This document shows, one piece after another, positions 37,274-50,436 of a stretch of 64,000 nucleotides of DNA (position 1 is its first letter; every line of letters begins with the position of its first letter). Source of the DNA: Raja brachyura (lineage: Eukaryota). The stretch is from contig OY740821.1 in assembly GCA_963514005.1 (NCBI GenBank), positions 13,826,001 through 13,890,000 of the forward strand, in the 5' to 3' direction. The translations under genes and the position numbers were made by a program. The notes below the pieces were generated by a model. The model was not told the origin of the DNA and searched no databases. It saw only the letters and a list, made by a program, of their open reading frames with translations.

Positions 37274-38821
37274 ATGTCCGAGAACGACACTGATAATTTA
37301 GTCAACAGCGGCAAATATGAGCCTGGCAAGAGCAAACGGAATGTTTGCCGAGACTTTCTGCGCAATGTCTGCACTCGTGGTAAGAATTGCAGGTACTTCC
37401 ACCCTGACAATGTTGAGGCCTCCGACCTTGCCGACATAAGGAACGACACTGATAATTTAGTCATCATTGCTAATGACGAAGCTGGCAAAAACAAATCGAA
37501 CATTTGCCGAGACTTTCTGCGCAATACCTGCAACCGTGGTAAGAATTGCAGGTATTTCCATCCAGATGATATTGAGCCGTCTGTCCTCGCTGACGTAAGG
37601 AACGACATTGATAATTTAGTCAACTTTGGCAATGATGAGGCTGACAAAAACAATCTGAATATTTGCCGAGACTTTCTGCGCAATCTCTGCAATCGTGGTA
37701 AGAATTGCAGATATTTTCACCCAGATGATATTGAGGTCTCCAACCATGCTGACATAAGTGATGACGCTGATAATTTCGTGAATAATAGCAAATTTGATGC
37801 GAGCAAGAGCAAACGGAATGTTTGTCGTGACTTTCTGCGCAATGTCTGCACCCGTGGTAAGAATTGCAGGTACTTCCACCCGGACAATATTGAAGCCTAT
37901 GATGTAGGTGATATGCGGCATGAGTCTATCTTTTGTCAGTACTTTCAAAATAGCAAATGTACCCGTGAGAACTGCACGTTCATTCACGGGACAAAGGGTG
38001 AAGAGAATTATTACAATAAAACAGGAAAGCTTCCTGCCCACTTACAAAAGACAGTGGCTGTGACATTCGGGCTCTCGCCCTCTAATTTGCCTCTTATTAC
38101 AAAGGAAGTCCCATTCTGCCGTGACTTTCTAAAAGGCAAATGTCGAAGAGGATCCAAATGTAAATTCCAACACTTGAAACGTGATGACAATGATAAGACG
38201 AGTGTAGAAAATGTGTCACAAAATAAAGAAGTTTCTCCTGAGATCTGTAGATATGACCGTTTGGATGACCTGTATGAGACAGAGAAATGTGATGTTGACC
38301 AAACTCCAAAAAGGAAAAGAACGGAAGGTCTACGGTTTGAAGTATTTGATTACAGCATCCCCAGTCTGCGTCCAGTTGAAATGAATTTTTTGGAGGAGGA
38401 AAACCATATGCTCAGAATGCGCAATGAGGAGCTTAAGAAGCAGGTGTCAAGCCTAATGATTACAAATGAGGTACTTCTGGAGCAAAATGCTGATTTACGC
38501 AAGCAAGTGAAACTGGGGATCCTGACCACAGGGACTGACCCAACACAATCATCAGCTATGCATGCTGTTACCAATTATAATCATAGTATAGTGGAGACTC
38601 ACACCGCCCTGAGCAACCAGGTTGTGAGATCAGAGTCTATTTCTCATCAAGAATTGATAGCGCAAGCTAGAGCTCATAATGCTTTATGTTCTGAAGCTAC
38701 ATCCCAAAGTCCACCCTGTCTTAGTGCTGCTCTCTCGACTCTCTCGACACCTTATGCCCAAGGGGTGGCTTCACCAGTTTCAATCGCACAATTGCCATCT
38801 CAGTTGCACCATTGGCAGTGA
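37274..38821 (+). CDS. ZC3H10: ZC3H10-like paralog (copy 2) with six CCCH fingers, 515 aa; C-terminus frameshifted (homology continues to 38934)
   Basis: Acceptor ctttttcttttacag| at 37225/37226; 4 x CRDFLRNxCxRGKNCRYFHPD, then CQYFQNSKCTRENCTFIH and CRDFLKGKCRRGSKCKFQH, PKRKR, and coiled coil LEEENHMLRMRNEELKKQVSSLMITNEVLLEQNA. Confidence 0.88.
   Translation: MSENDTDNLVNSGKYEPGKSKRNVCRDFLRNVCTRGKNCRYFHPDNVEASDLADIRNDTDNLVIIANDEAGKNKSNICRDFLRNTCNRGKNCRYFHPDDIEPSVLADVRNDIDNLVNFGNDEADKNNLNICRDFLRNLCNRGKNCRYFHPDDIEVSNHADISDDADNFVNNSKFDASKSKRNVCRDFLRNVCTRGKNCRYFHPDNIEAYDVGDMRHESIFCQYFQNSKCTRENCTFIHGTKGEENYYNKTGKLPAHLQKTVAVTFGLSPSNLPLITKEVPFCRDFLKGKCRRGSKCKFQHLKRDDNDKTSVENVSQNKEVSPEICRYDRLDDLYETEKCDVDQTPKRKRTEGLRFEVFDYSIPSLRPVEMNFLEEENHMLRMRNEELKKQVSSLMITNEVLLEQNADLRKQVKLGILTTGTDPTQSSAMHAVTNYNHSIVETHTALSNQVVRSESISHQELIAQARAHNALCSEATSQSPPCLSAALSTLSTPYAQGVASPVSIAQLPSQLHHWQ
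37283..37918 (+). repeat. Intragenic coding tandem repeat, 4 x 159 bp (53 aa)
   Basis: Unit starts at 37283, 37442, 37601 and 37760, exactly 159 bp apart and all in frame. Confidence 0.92.
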
Positions 38822-41800
38822 CTCAATTGCTCCCAGGACTTGTCATGACTTATACCACCACACAAATGGTCAGTTATCCAAATGCATCACAGAATATGAA
38901 GTTCCTCTGTCGTGCAGAGGATAGTTGTGATTAGAAGGCATTTCTTTTGAAGCTTTACAAGAGATTTCTATTTCTTATTGGTTCCCAGGGCAATTGCATA
39001 AACTGAGTCAAGTATGATTGTTAAAGAGGGAGTCTCACCATCACCAACCCTTTTGCAAAGTCAAAAATGAAATGATGAGAATTTGTGTTTTCTGCCTCAT
39101 TTGTTGCTGTTGAACTCGTCTGGAGAACAGGTTGCGCAGAATTGTCCCTCAGCAGTAGTAGCAAATGGAAGTTGAAATGTGCTTCAATTTGCAACCATAT
39201 ATGTCGCAAATTTCTTTTGGGGGGGGGGGGGGGGTAAGAAAGATTGAACTCAAGTTTTTGAATTCTTTCAAACCTTTTTTTGATTTGCTCATATTGTAAG
39301 CTCTGGTGCAAATGAAAGCAAAGTATTTGGCAGCGCATTGCAATGCCCACACTAACTCAAGCTTTCCGACTGCAGCAGCAGCAGTGGGATACGGTTTTGT
39401 CTGCAAATATGGCTACTTTCTTTTGCTCATATAAAATTGGTTTCAATCAACATCAAAACATCAGCTTTCTAAAAACACTTGTACATGCGCTTAAAGAGCA
39501 TTGTGCCTTTACATTTTTTTTAATCGCTTATTTTTAAAGACAAGAAATTATTATAAAACTACAAAAAAAATTACCCTCATCCTCTCCATCATACCACCCA
39601 ACCAAAAATAAAATCCTCTGCTGCTTTGATTGTGGTCAGAGCAGAAATTAAAGAATGCAAAAAATGACACCATGGCTCCCTTTTCTCCCTCTTGTTGGAG
39701 AACTGTCTTGCAATAAGTATGACAGTTTTACCCACAGATGGAGGGAATGCAAAACTATAACATAATGGCTCTCTTTGTTTAAATGCAGGAATGAACCCGG
39801 GGCTAATTTCCATTGATGGCATTGGAAGTAAGATCCATAAAGCACCTTGGGTTAATAAGTGCAGCTAATGATGATCATCAAGTTCTTTTAAGCTGTCTTG
39901 CGCCAACATTTCTCAAATTAGAGTACTCTAAACTACAAATTGTATTAATAATTTATATCAAGCAAAAAAACCAACTTTATCTTCTACAAGGTATACTGAT
40001 GGCAAGACTTCCTCTACGTCTGTTAAATATAGAAATCTGCAAAAAGAACAATAATGGAGTGATAGGCTGTGTCAAAACAGATAATTCAAAGTGAGTGAAT
40101 AAACTTTCCCATTCATTTTTTGGTTGATTACTGATGTATTTTAAAACATTTTTAAACTGATCCTATGCCACAAATGTCATTTCCCTTTTTAATCTGAAAT
40201 TACACTTGGGATTATTACTGGGAAAAAAATAGTAATATCCCCTACTTTACTAAGTAAAAGTATTCTGATCTTTTCAAACATTTTTGTAACTAGCCCATTT
40301 CTCAGTAAACGTGTGTGGAAACGTTTTTTTAAGAAAGTCATGTGCGTTTAGTGTTTTCCTAATGAAACACTCCCTATGCTTCACAAGTCTTCAACTAACA
40401 TATTATATTTTTTGCAAATAGTTTTTCTCTAATCATTGCATTTGTTACTCGCACTGTGACTATGTATTTCTTTCAAAGCTGTGCAAGTCCTCTGTAGATT
40501 GGGCTACAAAAAGCATTTTTAGAAATAAAATGAGTACATGTTCACCATAAACAGTCACTGAGGCCACCAAGGATATTAAAGTGAAGCAAGAATAATTGGG
40601 GTGCAAGCTTCTAAAGCAGAGTTAAATGTAATATATACAGATTTGGTTTGGTGCCTGGAACGTGGAGACTGGATGTTGGTCAATAAATAAGCATGACCAG
40701 AAAAGCAGCAGAAGATGTGGAGAAACAATTGCTGGTTTCTTATATTTGATGTATTATTGGAAGGTTGATGCTCAGCACTTGTAAATTTCCATGCCGTTTT
40801 CTCATCTAGCTGGGATGCTCCCTGTCAGATGCCTCATTGTACTAGCTCATTGTCAGTCGGGATTCGGGGGGTGTCTGCTGTTCCCTGCGTTCGGTATTGT
40901 AACAATTAAGTTGCAAAACCAATGAGAAAAAATAAATACACATTCATACAAAAACTCACTATATAGATGCTATACAGTATATGTAAACGTGTATGTATGT
41001 GATTTGACTAAAATATATTTTAGTCGTGGACAGTATAAACATGCATCAATGGTTATTATCCGACTATTCCAGTTGAAAATGCTTGTGGATGGTGAGGATA
41101 GAATCTGACTCGGCAAAATATGCTACCTGGGCTCATAAATTTAAATAGTATTGCTACCTTAACCACATTGTGAGCGTACCTTTTGAATGAAAAATATGAT
41201 AGTAGGAAATTGCCAGAGGAAAAAGGGGAAGTCCTGTAGAGAAGCACAGATTAGAAAAGTAGAATGCAGCAAATAACCTGGCATTTACTATAATGTCCTG
41301 ACTGGTTCTCAGTTTAGGTGTTAACTTATGACTGCTTTGCATGAGTAGTGCATAATTGTGCCCATTTAAATTTTCCTTGCTCAAACAAAATATACCAATG
41401 AGTAAGTTGTAAAGAGGAGGTAAGAGTTAGTGATATTCTAATGATTAACCTATTCCTGCATATTACTATCATAATGTTAATTTTGCAATTTTTAAATTAA
41501 AGCTTTTAATCAATATTTTTGACTTGGAAGACAGTAGATTTCTAACTTGCCACAATGTGCATGGGAATTTATATGTGATGGTATTTCTGCCAGTCAGTCA
41601 GTGATGTTGAAAATATACTTTGTGGGGAGGGATTCAAAGGCCAACACCATCAGTGAGATATTTGGCACATGTGCTTCTGTAAACCATGGTTTTAAAATAC
41701 AGCTAACACTTTACTATATTGAAAATCCCTGAGATTTTACAACACAGCAACTAACGTCCAAGATTAGTTAACTGCGGCCAAAAAATCCAAAACTACAGCA

Positions 41801-43057
41801 GTTCAAGATATGTTTTAAAAGCCTAGTAAACCCATTTTGTCTGTTTTTGAACTGATGCATTGCTATTGTAAATACCTATTGTCAATGATGCCTGATATTC
41901 ATGAAAAGCTATGATTTATTGAGAACTTGCAGATGTTTACTGTTGATACCCTGCAATTGGTGAACACTATGTGTAAATACTATAAACTATGTATTAAAGT
42001 GAATGTACAGTGGTGTTGTCAGTTGTATTGTTTGGATTAAAACTGATTCAGGACCAGAAGTGGTGAGTTTACATTATTTTTGAAGGATTCAACTGGACTT
42101 GGAAGACATGTTTTAATTGTGTTTCTCTGTTGGGGTACACATGATGTTATTTTTGAATGAACTTCGAGTACAACTGAAGCTCAGTTTTCTTTTGTATCTT
42201 GATATGTGTAAATTGTAAATGTATTTAAACACATTATGATAACATTTAAAAAGCACTATTTCCATAGAGTATAACAAGTACACATGTTGCCAGTTAATTT
42301 ATTTTTAGTCCTTGACATTGGTAATTATTTCAATTTATGAAGGGTATTTTCGCATGAAGCGTTCAAAAAAAAATCTGGGCGGTTTCGCAAGTACGCTTTG
42401 ATTTTGATCTTGAGAAAACCCGCTAACTGACAGATTCAACTATGGTTCAATGTCCACATGCTATATACAGACACTATCATGGAAGGTATAAATTTGGGGA
42501 GGGGGGGGGGGGATCCAACTAAATCTGTATAGAGAAAGAAACCTGTACATGCAGTCTTGCCCCCCACCCCTCGTATCAGCCATAAAACTGAGAGAAGGAA
42601 CTGGACAGTGATCAAATGCTTCCTCACAGTGAAATTATATGTGAAATTATCAGCGGAAGGATGTGTCTCCAAGATGTTCTGTGTGCCAGCACCAGTTTCA
42701 GCAATGTATAAATAAACGCTGGGTTCAGGACATTCTCTTTTTAATCTATAGATGCTGTAATGCACAAGACCTTTTATAGAAAAATCAGTTTCTTGCTGAA
42801 CAAGTGGAGAAAAAATGTGTACTTCTGTTAGATGCCGGTGTGTGTGTTTCCGTTTGTAATCACACCATGAAATTGATTCAATGGATTTCATAGTATTGTA
42901 AATAATTAATTCCATTTACCAATGTTCTGAGATGCCTTTTTGGTTTTCTACTATGCATATGAAATCCACTTGTTTGTATTAACATATTTATACTGATTCT
43001 TCTGGAATAAACTTGAATCATTGCATAAGACGGGGTCAGGGAGATGACTCAATTAAT

Positions 43058-43250
43058 AGACACAAAAAGCTGGAGTAACTCAGCGGGACAGGCAGCATCT
43101 CTGGAGCAAAGGAATGGGTGACATTTCAAGATGAGACCCAAAACGTCACACATTCCTTTTCTCCAGAGATGCTGCCTGTCCTGCTGAGTTACTCCAGCTT
43201 TTTGTGTCCATCTTCAGTATAAACCAGTATTTGCAGTTCCTCCCTACACA
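43058..43250. mobile_element. Penelope-like terminal repeat, inverted pair
   Basis: GACACAAAAAGCTGGAGTAACTCAGC...GCTGAGTTACTCCAGCTTTTTGTGTC. Confidence 0.75.
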
Positions 43251-43779
43251 TGACTCCATCTATAGTCTGGCCTAAAATGATTGCTGTGTCCCCTTATTGC
43301 TTGATAATGATTTATCTTGTTGCTTGCATTGTGCTTTGAGCTGTAGCCAGATGTACTCCACCGGATAGGAGGATAGCATAATATGGATGTGGTTGTTGTA
43401 GTTTTACCCAACCCTGCTCTTGTTCATAATCTTTGCTTTGTTCTTGAATAGAATTCAAATCAATCCCCACCAAAATCTTTGCAAAAGGCCAGGTGAAAGT
43501 CAAAGCAAATATCAAATGTGTTATTTACTGCAAATTTAATAATACACCACATCAACATCTGTGCAATTAACAACTTCAGTTTAGAATTAAGTAAATCCAC
43601 TACAAAAGGAGCTGGAAGATGTCGAATGATTGGAATTTGCAACATTTTATTCTTTGCTTTTTGTCTTTGCACATTGGAGCATTGTTACCAAGAGCATTGC
43701 TCCAATGTTACCAGGAAAGAGAATGCAAGAGGATGCTGTACAAGTTGCCAGGTGTCCGCTTTTCTGATATGTAGAATAA

Positions 43780-43945
43780 AAGACAAAGTACTCGAGTAAC
43801 TCAGCAGGTCAGGCAGCATCTCTGGAGAACACGGTTTGGTGATGTTTGGAGTCGGGACCCTTCTGAAAAGATGCTGTCTGTTCCACTGAGTTATTCCAAC
43901 ATTTTGTGTCTTTATTTTGTACACCAGTATCTGCAGTTCCTTGTG
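43780..43945. mobile_element. Penelope-like terminal repeat, degenerate inverted pair
   Basis: GAGTAACTCAGCAGGTCAGGCAGCATCT...AGATGCTGTCTGTTCCACTGAGTTATTC. Confidence 0.65.
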
Positions 43946-44994
43946 TTTTACTTCTTGTATGTTGTGTGTACTTCATGTTCATGAATTGGGTAAGAATTAA
44001 AGTTCAACTTTTAAGATTTAAGTGCACAATCTCAGCTGACACTGCAGCCAAACTCTCTGGGGAATAAACCCTGTTGATTCAAATATCCCCGGACCCCAAT
44101 AATCCTACCATTCTTAAACAACAGGCACCTATTGCATCCTGTTACAATGTGTTAACCATCTTGCTGCAGCTCTTCAAATTTTAAATAGATTTGAGGATTA
44201 AAATCAAATAGCAGGGTTAAAGAATATATACAAAAATATTTGATCATTATAGAATTGTGAAAATAACTGAAAGCTTTTATTGCAATTCCCCAAATCCTAG
44301 TATTAGTCATACAATATCATGCAATGAAGATTGAATTTGATTTATTCAGTCACTGTACATACTATGGAATAAGTATTTTTTAAAGAATAAAATCTTGAAC
44401 CCTCAGCCGCACATGCATCCACGCCTATATAATCTATCTATTACATGATCGTGTATGTACCATATTTAAATTAAATGTTATTCCTATAATGCTTAACATA
44501 CAAATAAGTCAAATATGGTACATCAGACAAGCTTCCCATTGTTAATTTGCTCAAATATTGATGTGATTAGACTGACAAAAGCTAGTGCTATTAATCAAGA
44601 ACTGTGAGCTTGCACAAAGAAAATTAGAGCAAAACTAACAATTTGTACTAATAAATGTAATAATTTTTAAATTTTCCTAAAACTCTTACTGGATTTTTTT
44701 TCCTGAAAAAAATAATTAAAAAACTGAAAGATGCCAACAGGTATAGAAATCAAGCTTCGCCCCATTGAGTATATTCTCTCAAATGTTTTGTTTCATTATT
44801 AAGCAAGGATACTGTGACAATTAAGTTAATTTTATTTGCAACTTATATGTACACTCAAATGTCTTCAAACATATTTTAGCAATATCAAGGTTAAAATGGC
44901 TTCTGCAACTGCATGATGTAAAGTTTTTTTTCCCCACTATGCATGAAATGAATTGGGTGCCAAGCAAGCCAGTACTATTGATTACCAATATTGA

Positions 44995-45255
44995 CTGGTG
45001 GGAGAACTGGGAGGGAGGAGGGGATGGAGAGAGGGAGGGCTATTTGAAGTTAGAGACATCCATGATCATACCGCTGGGTACGAACAAGCTACCCAAGTGA
45101 AATATGAGGTGCTGTTCTTCCAATTTACGCTGGGCCTCACTCTGACAATGGAGGAGGCCCAGGACAGAAAGGTCAGATTGGGAATGGGAGGGGGAATTTA
45201 AAGTACTGAGCAATCGGGAGATCAGGTAGGTTAATGCGGACTGAGCAGAGGTGGT
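44995..45255 (-). mobile_element. Penelope-like element ORF C-terminal fragment
   Basis: Minus strand reads SQSDLSVLGLLHCQSEAQRKLEEQHLIFHLG, recognised as the end of a PLE GIY-YIG-containing ORF. Confidence 0.65.
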
Positions 45256-45684
45256 TAAGGCGGACTGAGCGGAGTCCGCTCAGTCTGCCTTCTAAACACT
45301 GGAGTAGGTCCTTTTCCCCCTTTGTCCTTTAAAAAAATAATGCTATTGAAGTATGTGGCATTTATATAATGAAGAGAACTTGCCCAAGTGTTCTATGCAA
45401 CCAGTGAATTTCCAATTTTTGTTTAGGACTTTGGTCACATGCCTTTTCCACAGAGTAAGAGAGAGTGGAAAATAATCAACGGCATTGATTGTACAATGTT
45501 TCGATATACTACTTAATGAAAAGTTTTGATAAATTGGTACATAGCAATCTACATAAGATTCAGAGTCCCAATTTTTAGCAGTGTCTTCCTTACTAGAAAT
45601 GCCCTGCAGATGGCAGTACAGGGGAGGTGCTATCTCACTATTCTATCCAAACAAATGACCCGAGCTGTCATTGTAGGTTGCCTT

Positions 45685-46500
45685 GAGTCAAGAGTGTTTA
45701 ATTGTCATATGTGAGAGAACTAGGAAATTCTTGCTTGCAGCAGCACAATGGGTTTGTAAATGTAGTACTCGATAAATAACGTAATAAATGAAAGATAGTT
45801 AAATAAATGGAAAAAAAGTCACTATAGTGCAAAACAAAGCAAAAGCCCAAAGATCTGAGAGCAACCAAGATAGTTTGTCGTCTTGGTTGCATTACGGACT
45901 TGGTATTTGTAATGTTCATAACCTGATGATTGTTGGGAAAATTTTGTTCCTTAACCTGGACATTAGAGTTTTCAGATTCCTATACCACCTTCCTGATGGC
46001 ATGAGTGAAATGAGAGTGTGGTCAGGGATATGTAGGTCCTTGATGATGCTGGCTGCGAGTCTCTTCAATCTTCCAAGGAAGTAGAGGCATTGATAGGGTT
46101 TCTTTATGATTGCATCAATGTGCTGGGTCCAGATCGGATCTTCAGAGATATGCACGCCCATGAACTTGAGGTTTTCAACTCTCTCCACCACCGACCCGTT
46201 GATGGAGATAGGTTTGTGGATCCTTGGCCTTCCTCCTCTAAGGTCAACAATCAGTTCCTGGGTTTTACTAATGTTGAGAGCAAGGTTGTTGTTCTACAAC
46301 CATTCATTCCGACGATCGATCTCCCTCCTATACTCTGACTCGTTATTACCCGTAATTTGTCTAACATCAGCGAATTTAAAGATGGAGTTGGAAATGGGTC
46401 TGGCTACACAATCATGGGTATAGAGTGAATAGAGCAGGGAACTGACCTCACAGCCTTGAGGTTCCCTTGTACGGGTGGCTATTGAGGAGGAAGTGTTGTT
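45685..46500 (-). mobile_element. Rex1/Babar-type LINE reverse transcriptase fragment with internal deletion
   Basis: PQGCEVSSLLYSLYTHDC...IFKFAD; VERVENLKFMGVHISED..WTQHIDAIIKK..QCLYFL.RLKR; MPSGRWYR...RLRN.IFPT.IRL. Confidence 0.8.
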
Positions 46501-47956
46501 ACAAGGATTGGGGCTCAGCAAGTGGCAGCATTCTCATTGTTAGATTAGTCCTACTCTTCCTTTGGATTAGATACTGAAAGAGCAGCTACTCTGGCTTTTC
46601 ACTGTTTAATCTGGCCCTTGTTTCCTCCACATTTCTTCATGGCTACTTTATCAATCTTGCTGTCTTGAGTCAAGATTCAGTCGGAGGTTTATACAAAAAT
46701 TCAAAGTTGTGGAAACATGCCTTGAGCATTAGTCTGACTAACATTCACTCCAATTCCAAACATGATCATGATTTTTTTTTTTTCCTGAAGCACTTCCAAT
46801 TGTTGGATAGCTGCTACATTATGCCTGCACAGGCCCCTGATACCTTCCCAAAGCTACTACTGCACCACAACTTGCCTGCACTCACTTTTCTTCCTTGATT
46901 ATTTTTATTACTACAAACAGTGCTGTCTGCACTAAATATATATTTTGTTAGGGCTGACCACCATTTGGATCACAGCCACACGCAATCCGATGGCGGAGTT
47001 CCTTGCTGCTGAGATTTATCACCATTTAAACTGAAATCACCTTTAAAATTCTGCAGTTCAGAATCTGGGACACCACTGGAAAAGGGAGGGTGAGTCATTT
47101 TAAAAAAAAATGTTAAGTTTGGTTCAGTAATTTTTATTCAATTATATATCTATTTCAATATTTCATAAAATCAAAGCAACAAGAAACAGGAATAGGCCAA
47201 TTGACGCTTTGACTTTGTTCTATCATTCATCAAGATCTTTGTTAATTTTGCATTTTGTCTCCATTTCCCCGAGTTATTTTCAGTAACATTTTGACAATTC
47301 AGCTTATTCATTGTTTTGATAGTGCTGAACTGGCAGAATTTCCAGACTATTGGATGTCATTGATATTAATTACTTCAACATTCTTTCCATTCACTTTTTA
47401 AATCTTATCCAGTATGATAAACATTCTAGTGAATCAGGTAAAGTGCAAGGGAGTGTGGGAACTGGGGCCCAGGTGAGCATAAGGGGAAAGGGGACCTTAA
47501 TGAGTGGGAGAGACCATGGAATCTGGGGCTTGGGCAAATGAAGACAAGAGCAGGAATCGGGGCCCCAGTGAATGAAAGTGTAGTGTGACAAATATTATTT
47601 GGTGGGCCAGATGCCGAGTCATTGAGATTTCCGAATGGTTGGATCGCAGGTTATTGGTTTTGCTGTAGATATCCATAATTCTCTTATTATCCAGAAATCT
47701 ATTTATCATTTTGAATGAACACGATGACTGAGACCCCAATATCCTCAGAATGGAGTAATTTCTCATCTTGGTACTAAATGACTACCCCTTATTATGAGAG
47801 TTCTATTTCTTATCATGAATACAAGAACAGCTCCTTAACTGTCATGATTTCAAAAGTGCCTTGCATTCCTGTTTTGTGCATCAAAGTTTATATTAGAACA
47901 TAGACCAGTTGGGGAAAAAGGGGGAAGGCACATTCCAATTGGGTTTGTTTTTATTG

Positions 47957-48656
47957 TTTTAACACGGGCAGTCAAAATCGATGTCTAAATAAACTTCAGT
48001 GCTTGCATTTTCCTGTTTAAAATGTGGAAGGATTGGTTATGGTTATATTGCAGAGAATACATCTGCACTCTAGATTTAATCACTGATTTAAAATGTTATT
48101 GGAAGGCCACATAGAAAAGAATGCATTTTTAAATGACCGATCCAAACTTCATTAAGGTTTGATGTTTGTTATCTGTTTGGTATTGCCAGGCAATGCCAGG
48201 CTTCACTGTGTCTGCCGTCAACGGTGTTGGTGTTGCCTTCAGCTGGCGGGCGGCAGGGGACCGGGGTTTCCTCTTGGCTCGGAGGACCAGTCACTTTACA
48301 CTTTACCCTTTACTGGGAGGACCTGCGTAGAGCCTCTTTGTGTCGGAGCTGTGAGGGAAGAAGCCGAGCCGAACTGTATAGGTATCCCAGCCCTGGTTTG
48401 TGAGTTTTCATGCACTTTAATGTACCCGTGGCAATCTCGATTTGAATGTGCAAACGTTGTGCGGAGAGAGTCGGCATTTGTCTGCGGCCGGGAGGCGTTT
48501 TAATTGTAACAGGAAGTCGAGGCCTAAAGGCGCCATTGCGGCCTTAAATCCAAGCAAGGCGATAGTGAGATTCCTGCTGCTTCTCACAGCTACAATCTGG
48601 AGCGACTGAGCCTGTGTTCATCAAAGCACATGCTTAGATCTATAGATCGACGATAA
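47957..48656 (+). repeat. Duplicated module, copy A (putative promoter/5' non-coding exon upstream of ZC3H10 copy 3)
   Basis: 48121-48656 reads identically to 61896-62431 (offset 13775); 47957-48120 aligns with a few substitutions and two indels. Confidence 0.9.
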
Positions 48657-50139
48657 CAATTAAGTGACAATAGCTCCTATTTTGATTGTACTCTTGATAC
48701 TGTAACCCCTTTTTTCGAATGCATTTTATTTAGTGAGAGACCACTTCCAATGTGGTCTCCATTTAATGGGCAAATGGATCTTCGCCGGGAGGGAATACCT
48801 GTTTGGTGATGGAGGGAAGGAAGTATAATTGGATCATCGGAGAATGAACGTAAAGGCTTAATTAACCTGTTGTAATATTTAGAATAGGAACATTTTATTG
48901 GTTTCTATGATTCGCAGGTGATCTCCTCTGGCGTTGCTCATTTAAAGAAAAATTGCAACTGAGTCTGTTTCTTTCCCTGTCTTATCCTCTCCGCCTTCCA
49001 CTCTATTGCCTCCTTTTTCTCTGTGTGTCACATCTTGTTTTGTTTTTGCCTGATAGCGTACAATCCTTTTGTTTGCTGGGATTACAAAGTGTAAGGGGTT
49101 TAATTATTTGTGGTAATGATAAAACACCTTGCACCTTTATTAAGAAATTCCCTCGTCTTCAATTGTTGTTATGACCTTTGCTGTGTAACTATGAATTCAA
49201 CTTCTCTTCCCAGGTTTGAAGTGGAAGTAAATGTTTAAAATATACACGAGTTTCTGTAGCCTTTGCTCTCTATCCTGTCAGTGTATTTGGCCATTTACTA
49301 TGGTTCCACTATTTTATCTCTGGTAACTTTGGTGACTGAGGTAAACAAATTGAAAGACATTTTGTGAGCAAATCCATCACTCGTGCCAAAATTGAGAATG
49401 GATTTCTACACTGCAAATTTAAAATCTGCAATCTTTTATGCTGGTGTAGAAAAATCAGAGTGGGAAAATAGACAAGCCAAATTCAATTAATACCAAAACA
49501 ATTTCCTACCAATTACATCTTTGTGAGTCTTCCCCTAAAATTAAAACTTTTTTGGTGCAATTATATTGTTTAAAGGCTTATTAGACCAATTTTCTAGCAA
49601 ATTTGACCACATTTAAGTATCTATTATTAATGCTGCTTTAGTTCAAAATATCTGTAACATTAAGTAACACTAGTCTTTTCAGAAATTCACTCTTTGCTTG
49701 CCTAATCAGATTTTATAACAGGAAGTAGATTGAAGTGTAAAAACGGAAGCAGTAATTTTTTAGTCTGAAGAAGAGTTCTGACCCTGAACATCACCTGTCC
49801 AAATCCCACAAACAATGCTGCCTGACCCGAGTTCCTCCAGCAGGTAGATTATTGTTTGCCCTCCAGCCAACTTTATTTTTGACTGCATCTATGTCTTGCT
49901 GAATTAAAAAAAAATTGATCAGCTAGCACAAATTGATTTTTCTCCCAGGGGACGATTAAAATTTGTAAAATATGAAACACGGGGATAGCAAAAATGCTAA
50001 TGTCTGGTTGCAATGACAGCATCCTGTGTGCTTATGGGACAGGGGTTTGCAGTGGTATATAGTTTTCAGAGATTTTCTGTCATTTTACAAGAATGGTGAT
50101 AAGGGAGGATCGGGGCTTAGAAACACTGGCTAATCTGAT

Positions 50140-50436
50140 TAGTTCAGTTTAGAGATACAGCACGGAAATAGGCTCTTTGGCCCACCGAGTCTGCGCCAAC
50201 CAGTGATCCCTGCACACTAACACAATCCTACACACACTGGGACAATTTACAAATATACCAAGCCAATTAACCTACAAACCTGTACGTCTGGGATGTGGAA
50301 GGAAATCTGAGATCCTGGAGAAAATCCACGCAGTTCACGGAGGGGACATACAAACTCCGTTGCAGACAAGCACCCGTAGTCAGGCTCGAACCCAGGTCTC
50401 TGGCGCTATGAGGCAGCAACTCTACTGCTGCCTGAC
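50140..50436 (-). mobile_element. tRNA-derived elasmobranch SINE (HE1-like)
   Basis: Minus strand GCAGCAGTAGAGTTGCTGCCTCATAGCGCCAGAGACCTGGGTTCGAGCC gives A/B box-like motifs, then a SINE body and a short-repeat tail. Confidence 0.75.

Noticed and set aside
37186-38041. Repetitive antisense ORFs (168 aa and 141 aa), and similar ones at 22565-23235 and 63735-63977
   Set aside because: Shadows of the ZC3H10 coding sequence and its 159-bp repeat.
48159-48503. 114-aa ORF present twice (also 61934-62278) as a duplicated protein gene
   Set aside because: No recognisable domain and a TTG start in the track; the identity simply reflects identical DNA. More likely non-coding leader or promoter sequence.
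50380-50436. tRNA gene
   Set aside because: The A/B boxes belong to a SINE head; no complete cloverleaf is evident.
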